Virus record (IMG/VR): IMGVR_UViG_3300045995_000154
DNA length: 56,687 nucleotides
From: an uncultured virus (IMG/VR IMGVR_UViG_3300045995_000154)
Taxonomy: Duplodnaviria; Heunggongvirae; Uroviricota; Caudoviricetes
Reading direction: 5' to 3' (one strand)
Part shown: positions 27,899-36,907 of the stretch, in pieces
Layout: the number at the start of each line of letters is the position of its first letter
How positions within the stretch are numbered: the stretch's first letter is position 1
Notes under the pieces: generated by a model
Told to the model about the DNA's origin: nothing
The model's input: only the letters and a program-made list of their open reading frames with translations
The model's database searches: none
Program-made: the position numbers and the translations under genes

Positions 27899-28721
27899 CT
27901 CGTGATATACCATTTATAACCAGCAAGTATATACTAGTAACCTAGGTGAGTCACTTGGGATTACTTCAAGGACTTGTTACACAAGTCCGATACATCGCCT
28001 ATCGGCTCGTATCTTATTTCTTAACATTAGCGTTAAAAACTGTAATACTCATTGAACTTAATGTTATGTGGTATGCGGCTGTTAAACAGATATATCCTTC
28101 GCTAGATAGATTTGTCAGACTTCACCTGATTTCCAGGTGAAGTCATGACTTTATCTTTCGCTGAGTGAGTGAGTCATCCAAAATTACAGAGATTTTGTCG
28201 GCAATAACAAACGGGGGCGGTTACGCGGTACCCTCTACTCCATCTTCACACGCATTTTTTAAAAGTAAGTGCTGCTTACTCGCGCCGTAACGGAACCCTA
28301 GTGACACAGTTGGACTCTGCGTTCTATAAGCTGCGGTTGTATCTTTTTCACAGTGCCGCAAACATTTAGCCATAATGATAATTTTTAAATAAGAATTCAA
28401 TTCGGATAGTCAAACGGGTTGTAAGTAGGCTTATCCCATCGTCGTCCTGTAAAGGATAGTGACTAAACACACCTGGCAGCAAGGTGATTCCCGTCCGAGT
28501 GACGCCGTCGTCCTCTTTTCGTAGGGCACATGAAATTAGCCTGTGCGAGCTATTGAACTGCTTATTTAAAAATTAAAAGTGTTACAGAAGGTCTGGGAAT
28601 AATTGGCGCTTAGTAACCCATTGCCGAGTTAGAAAACTGAGTGCCCTGCTTAAAGCTGGGCGTGTCCATAATGATACGTTTTAGAAAGGCCATGCGGTTT
28701 TGACATTGTGTCTATTGAGGT
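27899..28721 (-). ncRNA. Candidate large structured non-coding RNA or cis element (strand uncertain)
   Basis: ~820-nt gap without a convincing ORF in an otherwise densely coding genome; many stems, e.g. 28118-28144 (11 bp), 28264-28280, 28332-28360, 28445-28456, 28470-28486, 28526-28546. Confidence 0.4.
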
Positions 28722-29150
28722 TTATAAAAGTTTGTTCTTGATGTGTGAACCATGTATACGGCATGATATCTGACCGTTATAGTAGTCGTCGCTTTCCAAA
28801 ACTTTACGTTCGAATTGCTCACGAGCTTCTATATAAGAGCAGGCTGCTTTTGATTTGCAATAGTGTAGGATCTCTCGTTTAAAGTTATCCGCCCCAAATT
28901 TCAAAACATCAGCAGTCAATTCAACGCTTGATCCATAGTATTCTTTCCAGTTACTATCGATCTTGCTTCGAATCTTTTTCTTCTTTTTCGTACCGTTTTT
29001 CAACTTAACTACTTTGTAAGAAGTCTTTGAAAACTTAGCTAGTTTCTTACCTACATACTTACGACCCGTGAGGGTGTTAGTAATGAGGTAGACGAATCCA
29101 ACTACGTCATCAGAGATTTCTTTAACTTCTTCATTGAGATAATGCCACAT
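28722..29150 (-). CDS. Compact GIY-YIG endonuclease (DenA/Seg-like)
   Basis: GFVYLITNTLTGRKYVGKK, W..YYGSS, NFKREIL, E...Q, YYNGQI; no appended DNA-binding domains. Confidence 0.85.
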   Translation of the reverse strand: MWHYLNEEVKEISDDVVGFVYLITNTLTGRKYVGKKLAKFSKTSYKVVKLKNGTKKKKKIRSKIDSNWKEYYGSSVELTADVLKFGADNFKREILHYCKSKAACSYIEAREQFERKVLESDDYYNGQISCRIHGSHIKNKLL

Positions 29151-29171
29151 GCGTACATATAGTTATCCTCC

Positions 29172-30179
29172 TCACCAAGCAGTAGCGTAATTTTCATTCA
29201 TAACCTTGCTACTGCATTTTGTTTTGCACTCTTGCCACTTAAACTCTTGGAATTCAGTAGTCCAAAATGCATCTTCAAGTACATTCTGCATTGATCTAGT
29301 ATGCAAGTCAAACTTATTTGCAATCTCTTGCCACTCGGAATTGTGTCCGTATCGATTAGCTACCCAGCAGCATGGGAACACCCTGCCGCGAGAATCCAAG
29401 TATAAGCCCTTGTTTCCTATGCCGCACAGCGGAATAATCGGGGTTTTACCCTTGTTTTTGTTGAATAGCACCGTGTTAATGCTGTGCACTGGTGTAGGTA
29501 ATCTATGCGTAAATTGTGTTATTTCCCGCTCGAAGCGGTGTGTGCTGCTTACAAACTTTACACTAGGTTCCAACGGATCATTTACCCCGTACGAGTTATA
29601 TATTGACCCGAACTTTGTGCTCTTGGTAAGTTGGAATCGATCCATACCAAGGAACCTTGCTGATCCCTTCATGTGCTCTATGTGCTCTTCGTTAAACTTA
29701 AATGCAATAGCCGCCCAAACAATTTGGCAATCGCTAGCAGCACGAAGGGCAGAAATTCCGTCAATAATGCTATGGTAGTCACTATTAACCCTATACAGGT
29801 TATTAGAAGTAAAATCATAGCCGTCGACAGAAAAGTGTACAGAGTCCTTGCTAGTGAGGGTTCGTCCCAAGTCTTTCCACCACTCAGCCTTTTTGTAGCT
29901 ACCGTTGGTAACGATGACAATTTCAACATCTTTTATGCTTTTTATGTATTTGATAATCCTCACCAAATCATGTGCGTATATAGGGTCACCATCGTCACCG
30001 CAGAACGTAATTTTTTCAACGTCAGAGACAATAAACGACGGTGAAAACGCCTTCATAAAGAAGGTAAGATCAAGTTCTGTATTTATCAATGAACCTGGCA
30101 CCTCTTGACGAGCGCAGCGAGGGCACTTCAATGTGCACTTGCTGCTGATCTCAATATGCCAATGCCAAGTTGCTAACAT
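29172..30179 (-). CDS. Radical SAM protein with Twitch/SPASM-like C-terminus
   Basis: HIEISSKCTLKCPRC, FCGDDGDP, VTNGS, FSVDG; C...GLYLDSRGRVFPCCW...ECKTKC. Confidence 0.88.
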   Translation of the reverse strand: MLATWHWHIEISSKCTLKCPRCARQEVPGSLINTELDLTFFMKAFSPSFIVSDVEKITFCGDDGDPIYAHDLVRIIKYIKSIKDVEIVIVTNGSYKKAEWWKDLGRTLTSKDSVHFSVDGYDFTSNNLYRVNSDYHSIIDGISALRAASDCQIVWAAIAFKFNEEHIEHMKGSARFLGMDRFQLTKSTKFGSIYNSYGVNDPLEPSVKFVSSTHRFEREITQFTHRLPTPVHSINTVLFNKNKGKTPIIPLCGIGNKGLYLDSRGRVFPCCWVANRYGHNSEWQEIANKFDLHTRSMQNVLEDAFWTTEFQEFKWQECKTKCSSKVMNENYATAW

Positions 30180-31951
30180 TACACAACCTCTGTGTCAGTT
30201 CCATACGTTGTGTAACCGTTCTCTTTGATAACGTTAAACACTTGGTTGACTCGTCCAATCAATTCGTCTTTGTGCGACACAAGCCAAATGCTCTTGTCGC
30301 CTTCGCGACTCATCTTCTTAAGAATAGCTAATGTGTTTTCAACACCAGCGGTATCCATACCGTTGTCTACAAGTTCGTCAATGAACAGTAGGTTAACTGT
30401 TTGATACAAGCTTTCCCATACGTCACGGAACGACCAAGACAGAGACAAGATCAAACGAGTACGTTCACCTCGAGACAAGTTGTCGAAGTCTAACTCACGG
30501 CCCAGTTCTTCAATTGCTACGGTAAGGTCATTGTTGAACTTAACTGTGTGCGGGAGACCAATTTTGTCGAGATAGAAAGCAAGACGAGCATTCAAGTGGG
30601 TTAAGTTTTGATCGATGATTAGCTTGCGGATAAAGCTATCCTTGTTAGTAAGCATCTTGAACAGGAACTCTTGGTGGTCCTTAACACTGTTCAACTGGTT
30701 GATATGGTCGTACTTGACCTCTTCGATACCCTTCGTCTTCATCTCTTCTATCTGCTCTGCATAAGGATCTTTGTCCTCTTCCTTAGTAGCAAGTTGCTGC
30801 AAAATGTTTGCAAGCTTTGCTTTGTGGTTTACTGCTTCTGCCTCTGTATCGTAATACACCTTAGGCACTGGACCCAATGCACCCACTTCTTCTAGTGCTG
30901 CATTAAGATCAGTTAGTTGGTCTAAGTATTCGGCGTAGTCATTAACTGAAGTGTCTAGTTCTGTGCGCTTGCGCTGCACGACTTCGGCATGCGCATCGTC
31001 GTGAAAGTCTTGCCCGCATGTATGACACTTGTGCGCAGCCAAGCTTTCAACTTCTTTGCTTAGTTTGTTAACTAGCTTTTCTTCTTTGTCTTTGGCTAGC
31101 TCTACACGTTTAATTGCAGCATTAAGTCCGTTGATATCAGAGTTAAGCTGATTCCAAGTGGCCAATGCTTTGTGTGCAGCAAGCTCTTTGTCGATGTCAA
31201 TGTGAATCAACTCGTCGTAAGATTCGGACAGCTTCGAAATATCGTCTTTTTGCTTGTTAAGCCACAGTGTTTGCCTACGCTTCAGCGAATCAATTTGTTC
31301 TTCAATACGCTTGTTGGCATTAAGCACAGCATCAATGCGATACTGCTCTTGTGTGATAGCTTTCTTTGTCTCTGTAGACTGCTCTTTGAGTGCATCAGCC
31401 TTCTCAGACAGCAGCGTAATACCAAGCAGTTGCTCGATGATAACACGTTGCTCGCCAGCCTTCATGTCTAAGAATGGCGTAGTGTATGTGTTTAGCGCAA
31501 TGATGTGCTTAAACATATCGTGCGACATGCAAAGCATACGTTCGATTTCTTGCTGTGTCTCACGCGAATCACCCTGCGCCTCGTCAGTAGCTTCCTTCTT
31601 TTCGCCAGCCACCCAAAAGCGCATAACGCTAGGCTTGCGCCCACGTTCGATTTTGTACTCAACGCCGTCCTTCTCAAAATCAATTGTGACCAGCATGTTC
31701 TTGGCATTGGTCTTATTGATTAGGTTATCCTTCTTAATGTTGGATAGCGCACTACCAAACAACCCAAAGCTTAACGCATTGATAATGGTTGTCTTACCTG
31801 TGCCGTTGCGTGACCCGCCGTCATCCCCACCTAGATCGTTATTTTCACCCAGTACCAACGTTAAGTCATTGCGGTCGAAATTGACAGCTTGCGTGGCATT
31901 GCCAACGCTCATGAAGTTTTTAACCGTTAAAGATTTTATTTTGAATGCCAT
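30179..31951 (-). CDS. gp46: Recombination ATPase gp46 (Rad50/SbcC-like)
   Basis: KNFMSVGN, Walker A NGTGKTT, zinc hook CHTC, signature LSRGE, Walker B LLFIDE, VSHK. Confidence 0.95.
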   Translation of the reverse strand: MAFKIKSLTVKNFMSVGNATQAVNFDRNDLTLVLGENNDLGGDDGGSRNGTGKTTIINALSFGLFGSALSNIKKDNLINKTNAKNMLVTIDFEKDGVEYKIERGRKPSVMRFWVAGEKKEATDEAQGDSRETQQEIERMLCMSHDMFKHIIALNTYTTPFLDMKAGEQRVIIEQLLGITLLSEKADALKEQSTETKKAITQEQYRIDAVLNANKRIEEQIDSLKRRQTLWLNKQKDDISKLSESYDELIHIDIDKELAAHKALATWNQLNSDINGLNAAIKRVELAKDKEEKLVNKLSKEVESLAAHKCHTCGQDFHDDAHAEVVQRKRTELDTSVNDYAEYLDQLTDLNAALEEVGALGPVPKVYYDTEAEAVNHKAKLANILQQLATKEEDKDPYAEQIEEMKTKGIEEVKYDHINQLNSVKDHQEFLFKMLTNKDSFIRKLIIDQNLTHLNARLAFYLDKIGLPHTVKFNNDLTVAIEELGRELDFDNLSRGERTRLILSLSWSFRDVWESLYQTVNLLFIDELVDNGMDTAGVENTLAILKKMSREGDKSIWLVSHKDELIGRVNQVFNVIKENGYTTYGTDTEVV

Positions 31952-31959
31952 GTGTTATT

Positions 31960-32976
31960 TTACAGGTTTCTGTATAGATCAAGCAATAGCTTTTTGTTGA
32001 ATTTGTCACTCTCGATGTTCGTAATCTGCTTTGTTACGATTGTATCAATGGACTCGAACTTGATGTTACCCTTGGTGGCAAACTGTTCGAAGTCTGTGTT
32101 CTTCTGCGGCAGCAACGTAAGTTCACGTAGCCCGTATGTAGAAATGAATGTGTCTTTGATAAAGTTAGCTTCTTCGTAACTGATCTCAATGTCAATGTCC
32201 ACACGAACATGCATCTTGGGCAAAAGCATCTTCTCTGTATGTTGCAACACATCAGATAGCTTAAACACTCGATACTTAGGCTGATCAGGCCAAGCGTGGT
32301 ACACGGGCTCTTTGCCCCATTCCATAATCATCATGCCGCGATCGTCGTCGCCGGCATCTGCATAGTTGTGCGGGAAACAATTTCCAACGTAGGTAATGTT
32401 CTTCGCTGATTGGCGTTTGTGGAAATGCCCGCTAAAAACGTGCCTGAACCCTTTAAAGTCCTCACGCTTTATCTCTCCGTGATCCGGCATTTGAACCATT
32501 GCGTTCATGTAGTAACCCGGAAGCTCAAAGTGACCGAACATGTACTGCCCTTTGAGTTTATGTATCTTCTTGTGCTCTTCACCTACGAGCCAAGGCGCTA
32601 TTACTACATCGCCCTCACTGTGCCAATCGTTGCAAATGGTCACATTCTTAAGGTGTCGCGCAAACTCCACGCTTTGTATATCACGCTTGTCTCTGTAATA
32701 GAGATCGTGATTCCCAGGAATAAAGAACACACGATCAAAATGCTCGTTCATGTATTCTAGTGCCTTCAAACTGTAGTTCAAAGTCACGATATTTAGGCTT
32801 GCCCTATTGTTGTGCCAGTCACCTAAAAACAAACAGGTGTCGCACCCTTCTGCTAGGGCTTTGTCAGTTGCCCATTTTACGAATTGCAAGCAATCTTCGT
32901 TGTGTGTTTGACTGTTTGACTTCAGTCCGAAATGGATGTCTGTAAAGACCGCAGCTTTTTTAAATAGGTTAGACAT
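31960..32976 (-). CDS. gp47: Recombination nuclease gp47 (Mre11/SbcD-like)
   Basis: TDIHFG, LGDWH, PGNHD, GHFEL, SGHFH metallophosphoesterase motifs; adjacent to gp46. Confidence 0.95.
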   Translation of the reverse strand: MSNLFKKAAVFTDIHFGLKSNSQTHNEDCLQFVKWATDKALAEGCDTCLFLGDWHNNRASLNIVTLNYSLKALEYMNEHFDRVFFIPGNHDLYYRDKRDIQSVEFARHLKNVTICNDWHSEGDVVIAPWLVGEEHKKIHKLKGQYMFGHFELPGYYMNAMVQMPDHGEIKREDFKGFRHVFSGHFHKRQSAKNITYVGNCFPHNYADAGDDDRGMMIMEWGKEPVYHAWPDQPKYRVFKLSDVLQHTEKMLLPKMHVRVDIDIEISYEEANFIKDTFISTYGLRELTLLPQKNTDFEQFATKGNIKFESIDTIVTKQITNIESDKFNKKLLLDLYRNL

Positions 32977-33844
32977 TAATCAATATTTTTCGTAGATCAG
33001 TTGTGTTTGTGGGAAACACATTGACATTATAGCATATCATGTCGAGGTTATGCAAGTCTCGTAAGCGCATTTGAACAAATGCCTCATCAACTAAAGTTAA
33101 GGGTGCCCACAATGTGTTTTTGTTTGTGGCTACTGCATCTACTATGCTACTTACTATTTCATCTTTGGACCTGTGCGCTTGCAATTCACTCCACTTAGTG
33201 AAAATACGGTCAAAATCATTATCACGAACGCACGTGAGACCACAGTAATCCAATAACATCAATATTGTTCCTTTAAAATCTGTAAACAATGACTCTACGT
33301 GTACTCGTTTTATTTGTGGGTCTAGTGAGTGCAATGTATTGTGTCCGGTGTGCTCGATATGCAGTTGTGATACTACTTTTGATAGTAATAGCCGTTTTTC
33401 CCATCTTTGCGAAGTACTGAAGCAATATTCAGTGATCAGGTTACCGTCAACACATATGGTATCATCAAAAGAAATCCACCCATTTAAAACTTTGTCAACT
33501 TTGTTATTGAATGTGAGAATTGGTACATTTGACACATCTAAAAAGATTGCCTTTTTTGCAGATGCGGCAATAACGTTGCAGCTTTTGGCAAACTCTTCAC
33601 CACCTGGGTGACCCCTGATGATGTCAAATTCAACGTTAGATTGTAAATACGCTTGCCACCTATCTAAGCCACAAAATTTTGCTACTGCCAAATCAGAACT
33701 GATATAATGACTACTACCATTTTCAGTGAATGGCAGTGCAGTATCTACCATTCCCGCAAAAAAAAGTATTGCCCAATGCACAAAGGTACCGTATGCACCG
33801 TCTGCATAAAGAATTACTATGCTATTAGATTCCTTACCCGCCAT
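32969..33844 (-). CDS. Hypothetical protein, sulfotransferase-like P-loop family (paralogue 2)
   Basis: YADGAYGTFVHW...PFTENGSSH; overlaps gp47 start. Confidence 0.6.
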   Translation of the reverse strand: MAGKESNSIVILYADGAYGTFVHWAILFFAGMVDTALPFTENGSSHYISSDLAVAKFCGLDRWQAYLQSNVEFDIIRGHPGGEEFAKSCNVIAASAKKAIFLDVSNVPILTFNNKVDKVLNGWISFDDTICVDGNLITEYCFSTSQRWEKRLLLSKVVSQLHIEHTGHNTLHSLDPQIKRVHVESLFTDFKGTILMLLDYCGLTCVRDNDFDRIFTKWSELQAHRSKDEIVSSIVDAVATNKNTLWAPLTLVDEAFVQMRLRDLHNLDMICYNVNVFPTNTTDLRKILINV

Positions 33845-33969
33845 TAATCAATATTTTTCGTAGATCAGTTGTGTTAGTGGGGAACACGTTTAGGTTGTAG
33901 CATAGCATGTCGAGGTTATGCGAGTCTCGCAATGACATTTGAATAAACGCCTCATCAACTAAAGTTAAG
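32974..33969. repeat. 128-bp direct repeat (32974-33101 and 33842-33969) at the 3' ends of tandem paralogues
   Basis: First 34 nt identical (cattaatcaatatttttcgtagatcagttgtgtt); encodes LTLVDEAF.QM.LRD.HNLDM.CYN.NVFPTNTTDLRKILIN. Confidence 0.9.
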
Positions 33970-34703
33970 TTGCTCCACTCCATATATTTATCGCTTGTCA
34001 CTGCCTCAATAATTGCAGAAGCTTGCTCGTCTTTACCATAATGGATCTGTAATGTGGCCCATGTAGAGTGTATTTCTGAAAAATTAGTTCTAACACACGG
34101 TAAGTTTACATAGTCTAACATCGCTCTAATAGATTTTTCGAAATCTGTAAATAGATCTCCAATTTCAAAAGAAAACAGTTTATCAGGCACACTATATAAC
34201 GGTTCGTTTTCAGCCGCATGTTGTTTAAAGATGTAGTATGATAGAAATTCTCTTTTTTGCCATTCCTGCAAATTATCGTATTTCTTACTTCCCCAGGCAC
34301 TGACGTTTTCTTCTAATTCGTTGGCTTGGTTAGCCATCCAACCATCAGCCCAAATTTTGTCAAATTTATTGTTTATCGTAAGTAAGGTGTGTTTACTGGT
34401 AGTTAAGTATATTGCTTTGCCGGTGCTTTGCAAAATTTCTGAGATCACATCTTGCAACACGTCAAATTTTGACGTTTTGGGGTGTACACGGTATATTGGT
34501 GCAGTATGCTGATGGGAATCAAAATTCCTCCATTCAGAAATACCAATAAGTGCATCGCCAGCTTCATACTGGTGGCTGCTCCCATTTGGAAAAAATGGGA
34601 ACCCTGATTCGACCACTAACCCTGAAAAATATAGCAGTGCCCAATGTACAAATGTACCATAATACCCACCATTATATATTATCGGGACCGCCTTATTCGT
34701 CAT
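33834..34703 (-). CDS. Hypothetical protein, sulfotransferase-like P-loop family (paralogue 1; probable start 34703)
   Basis: YNGGYYGTFVHW...PFFPNGSSH; ATG overlaps gp55 3' end (ATGACGAATAA). Confidence 0.6.
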   Translation of the reverse strand: MTNKAVPIIYNGGYYGTFVHWALLYFSGLVVESGFPFFPNGSSHQYEAGDALIGISEWRNFDSHQHTAPIYRVHPKTSKFDVLQDVISEILQSTGKAIYLTTSKHTLLTINNKFDKIWADGWMANQANELEENVSAWGSKKYDNLQEWQKREFLSYYIFKQHAAENEPLYSVPDKLFSFEIGDLFTDFEKSIRAMLDYVNLPCVRTNFSEIHSTWATLQIHYGKDEQASAIIEAVTSDKYMEWSNLTLVDEAFIQMSLRDSHNLDMLCYNLNVFPTNTTDLRKILINGG

Positions 34704-35634
34704 AATCTCCTCCGCCACCTCCGCCAGAGGACATGCCTTGTCTAGTGTACGATGGATTTAGTCCATTGATTTCCAAAATGTCGTCGCGTATATTTTGATT
34801 ACGCTTTTCGATATTTAGAACACGAGTAAATGAATTTGTGATTGCTGCGGTGTAGTAAGCGAATGGATTATCTGATTTGGCTTCGTCAAAGCGTAAGCCA
34901 ATTTGGGAAAGCTGTAGCAATGCCTGCGCCCGCATTTCATCATTGTAAGTGTATCCGCGCCAGTTAGAACGAGTAGCATAACGCTCACACAGCTTAACGA
35001 ACATGTGTGCAAGCTTGTTTGTCATAGCGCCCTTATCCTTGGTAAACGAACCAGTATCAAATGGACCTTCCCAATGGGACTTGCCTACTAGCGTAAGTTC
35101 ACCATTTTCCATTTTGTAATGCATAAAGGGCGGGAAGTTGCAGCGTGTGTACTTCTTGAACTTTGGATCGACTGGTTCGTCTTCAACATCATATTCGGAA
35201 TGGGGAATATCGTCATCAACGTAATCAGCTACTTTCTTGCCTTTCTTAGTGTCGTCTAACGGTACATGTTCCCATGTCATTACACGAAAAACAACGTCGT
35301 CTGGTTGAATAGTGTCCCATTCCACAGTAGCTAGTTCACTTCTGGGCTTTTTGCCAGCAGCAAGTTCAATTTCTTGGGATAGCTTGGTAAGTCGTGTTGC
35401 CCGTGCTGTAAGTGCTTTTGGTGGAACTCTAGTAGTTACTTTGGATTTAACACCGTCTTCGCTGATTTCCTCCTTGGTTTCGATAGTTTCCAAAAATAGT
35501 TTCGGGATTTCGTTAACGTGATTGACGATTACATCATATTCGGAGTAATCCGGCTTAGTGAATGTACAGTACGTTGTCTTTGATTTATGAATCTCTTTCA
35601 AGATGTCTTTATTGTTGAGATAATTTACCTTCAT
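34693..35634 (-). CDS. gp55: Late-transcription sigma factor, T4 gp55-like, with large N-terminal insertion
   Basis: NYLNNKDIL N-terminus; RSNWRGYTYNDEM...FDEAKSDNPFAYYT...NSFTRVLNIEKRNQ; upstream of gp47-gp46 as in T4. Confidence 0.85.
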   Translation of the reverse strand: MKVNYLNNKDILKEIHKSKTTYCTFTKPDYSEYDVIVNHVNEIPKLFLETIETKEEISEDGVKSKVTTRVPPKALTARATRLTKLSQEIELAAGKKPRSELATVEWDTIQPDDVVFRVMTWEHVPLDDTKKGKKVADYVDDDIPHSEYDVEDEPVDPKFKKYTRCNFPPFMHYKMENGELTLVGKSHWEGPFDTGSFTKDKGAMTNKLAHMFVKLCERYATRSNWRGYTYNDEMRAQALLQLSQIGLRFDEAKSDNPFAYYTAAITNSFTRVLNIEKRNQNIRDDILEINGLNPSYTRQGMSSGGGGGGDYDE

Positions 35635-35659
35635 GGTAACTCCTATTAAGTATAGCTAT

Positions 35660-35688
35660 ATTGTAGCAGCTAAATATATAAAAAGCAA
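35660..35688 (-). promoter_or_regulatory. Sigma70-type promoter for the gp55 operon, with an opposite-strand late promoter (TAAATA 35671-35676) in its spacer
   Basis: Minus strand TTGCTT-N17 (ending TGC)-TACAAT. Confidence 0.6.
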
Positions 35689-35699
35689 GAGAAATTTTG

Positions 35700-36602
35700 A
35701 TGTCAATATTTGGATTTGAACCCTCTATACCGCAAGGCCTTAAAGACGTAGGGAATCAGATATCAGCGGCTGCGTCTGAATCGTACAATAACCTTAAATC
35801 AATTGACCCTGCTAAAATTTTAGACCCATCTGGGATTAGATTACAAGTGTCTAACTTAATGTCTGGCGGTACAGCTAAAAAACCTACTGCCGCAGTAAAA
35901 GCACCTAGGTTCTCAAGTGACTTGATTGATTGGCGTGTACGCATTAAGCTTGCTGCTGGTGCGGATTATTTTTATAAAGACCCAAGTGATGCTGGCATCT
36001 TAGCCCCACTCAAGGAAACAGACGGGGTCATATTCCCGTATACACCACAGATAGCAATTTCTCATACTGCTCGCTATGGTGCACAAACATTAACACATAG
36101 CAACTACACCAACTATGCGTACGAAGGTTCAGAGGTCGCAGCGATTAGCATCACTGGTGATTTTACTGCGCAAAACGGCACTGAAGCAGCCTATGTATTG
36201 GCTTGCATTCACTTTTTTAGATCAGCAACTAAAATGTGGTTTGGTGGCAGCACAAATACTGGTAGCCCTCCTCCAATGGTGTTTTTGACAGGTTACGGTG
36301 ATAGCTATTTTCCTAATGTACCTTGTGTGGTGACGTCGTTTACCCATACTATGCCACAGGACGTTGACTATGTGCAAGCAGAGACGGGAGTGACATTTAA
36401 ACTGTCAGTGCCTGATTCAGCTTACGACTCTGTATCAGTGACCCCAAAGCTACACACGATGATTCCTACATCTAGTCAGATACAAGTTACATTACAGCCT
36501 ATCTACTCTCGCAGAAATATAGCAGATAACTTCAACTTGTCTGATTTTGCTAAGGGGACATTGATAGGTGGGTACGGCGGAAAAACTACGGGATTCATCT
36601 AA
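35700..36602 (+). CDS. Baseplate tail-tube cap/initiator (gp48/gp54-like)
   Basis: DWRVRI, GVIFPYTPQI, HFFRSATKM, GSPPP, FPNVPCVVTSF; first gene of baseplate operon. Confidence 0.7.
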   Translation: MSIFGFEPSIPQGLKDVGNQISAAASESYNNLKSIDPAKILDPSGIRLQVSNLMSGGTAKKPTAAVKAPRFSSDLIDWRVRIKLAAGADYFYKDPSDAGILAPLKETDGVIFPYTPQIAISHTARYGAQTLTHSNYTNYAYEGSEVAAISITGDFTAQNGTEAAYVLACIHFFRSATKMWFGGSTNTGSPPPMVFLTGYGDSYFPNVPCVVTSFTHTMPQDVDYVQAETGVTFKLSVPDSAYDSVSVTPKLHTMIPTSSQIQVTLQPIYSRRNIADNFNLSDFAKGTLIGGYGGKTTGFI

Positions 36603-36904
36603 TGGCAACTACTTATAAAAATTCAAGCCCGTACGCATCTACAACTACATTTGGCCCATTCTTGGATGTGATGAATGTACGCAAGGTTACAGCGTATGCT
36701 GATGATGTGCAGTTTACGATCAATACTGTTTATCAATATCGCCCTGACCTGTTAGCACATGACTTGTACGGTGACGCTGCACTATGGTGGGTATTTGCTA
36801 TGCGCAACCCAAATACACTCAAAGATCCTATTTTCGATTTCTACCCTGGTATGACAATTTATATTCCTAAGAAATCTAATCTCAACACTGACTTGGGGTT
36901 ATAA
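36602..36904 (+). CDS. gp53: Baseplate wedge protein gp53-like (LysM-like)
   Basis: YRPDLLAHDLYGDAALWWVFAMRNP...DPIFDF.PG..IYIP. Confidence 0.85.
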   Translation: MATTYKNSSPYASTTTFGPFLDVMNVRKVTAYADDVQFTINTVYQYRPDLLAHDLYGDAALWWVFAMRNPNTLKDPIFDFYPGMTIYIPKKSNLNTDLGL

Positions 36905-36907
36905 GCG

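Noticed and set aside
27946..28140. 64-aa GTG-started ORF in the intergenic gap
   Set aside because: No clear RBS or recognisable motif, and it overlaps the strong palindrome
27899..28721. Group I/II intron, tmRNA, RNase P RNA or CRISPR array in the gap
   Set aside because: No interrupted host gene, no domain-V or tRNA-like ends, no RNase P GAGGAAAGUCC motif and no regularly spaced repeats were seen
28722..29150. Mobile homing endonuclease call
   Set aside because: Only the catalytic GIY-YIG domain is present, with no NUMOD/HTH extension or intron context; more like a resident DenA-type nuclease
32974..33969. Diversity-generating retroelement TR/VR pair
   Set aside because: Mismatches between the repeats are not adenine-specific, both copies are coding 3' ends, and no reverse transcriptase is in the window
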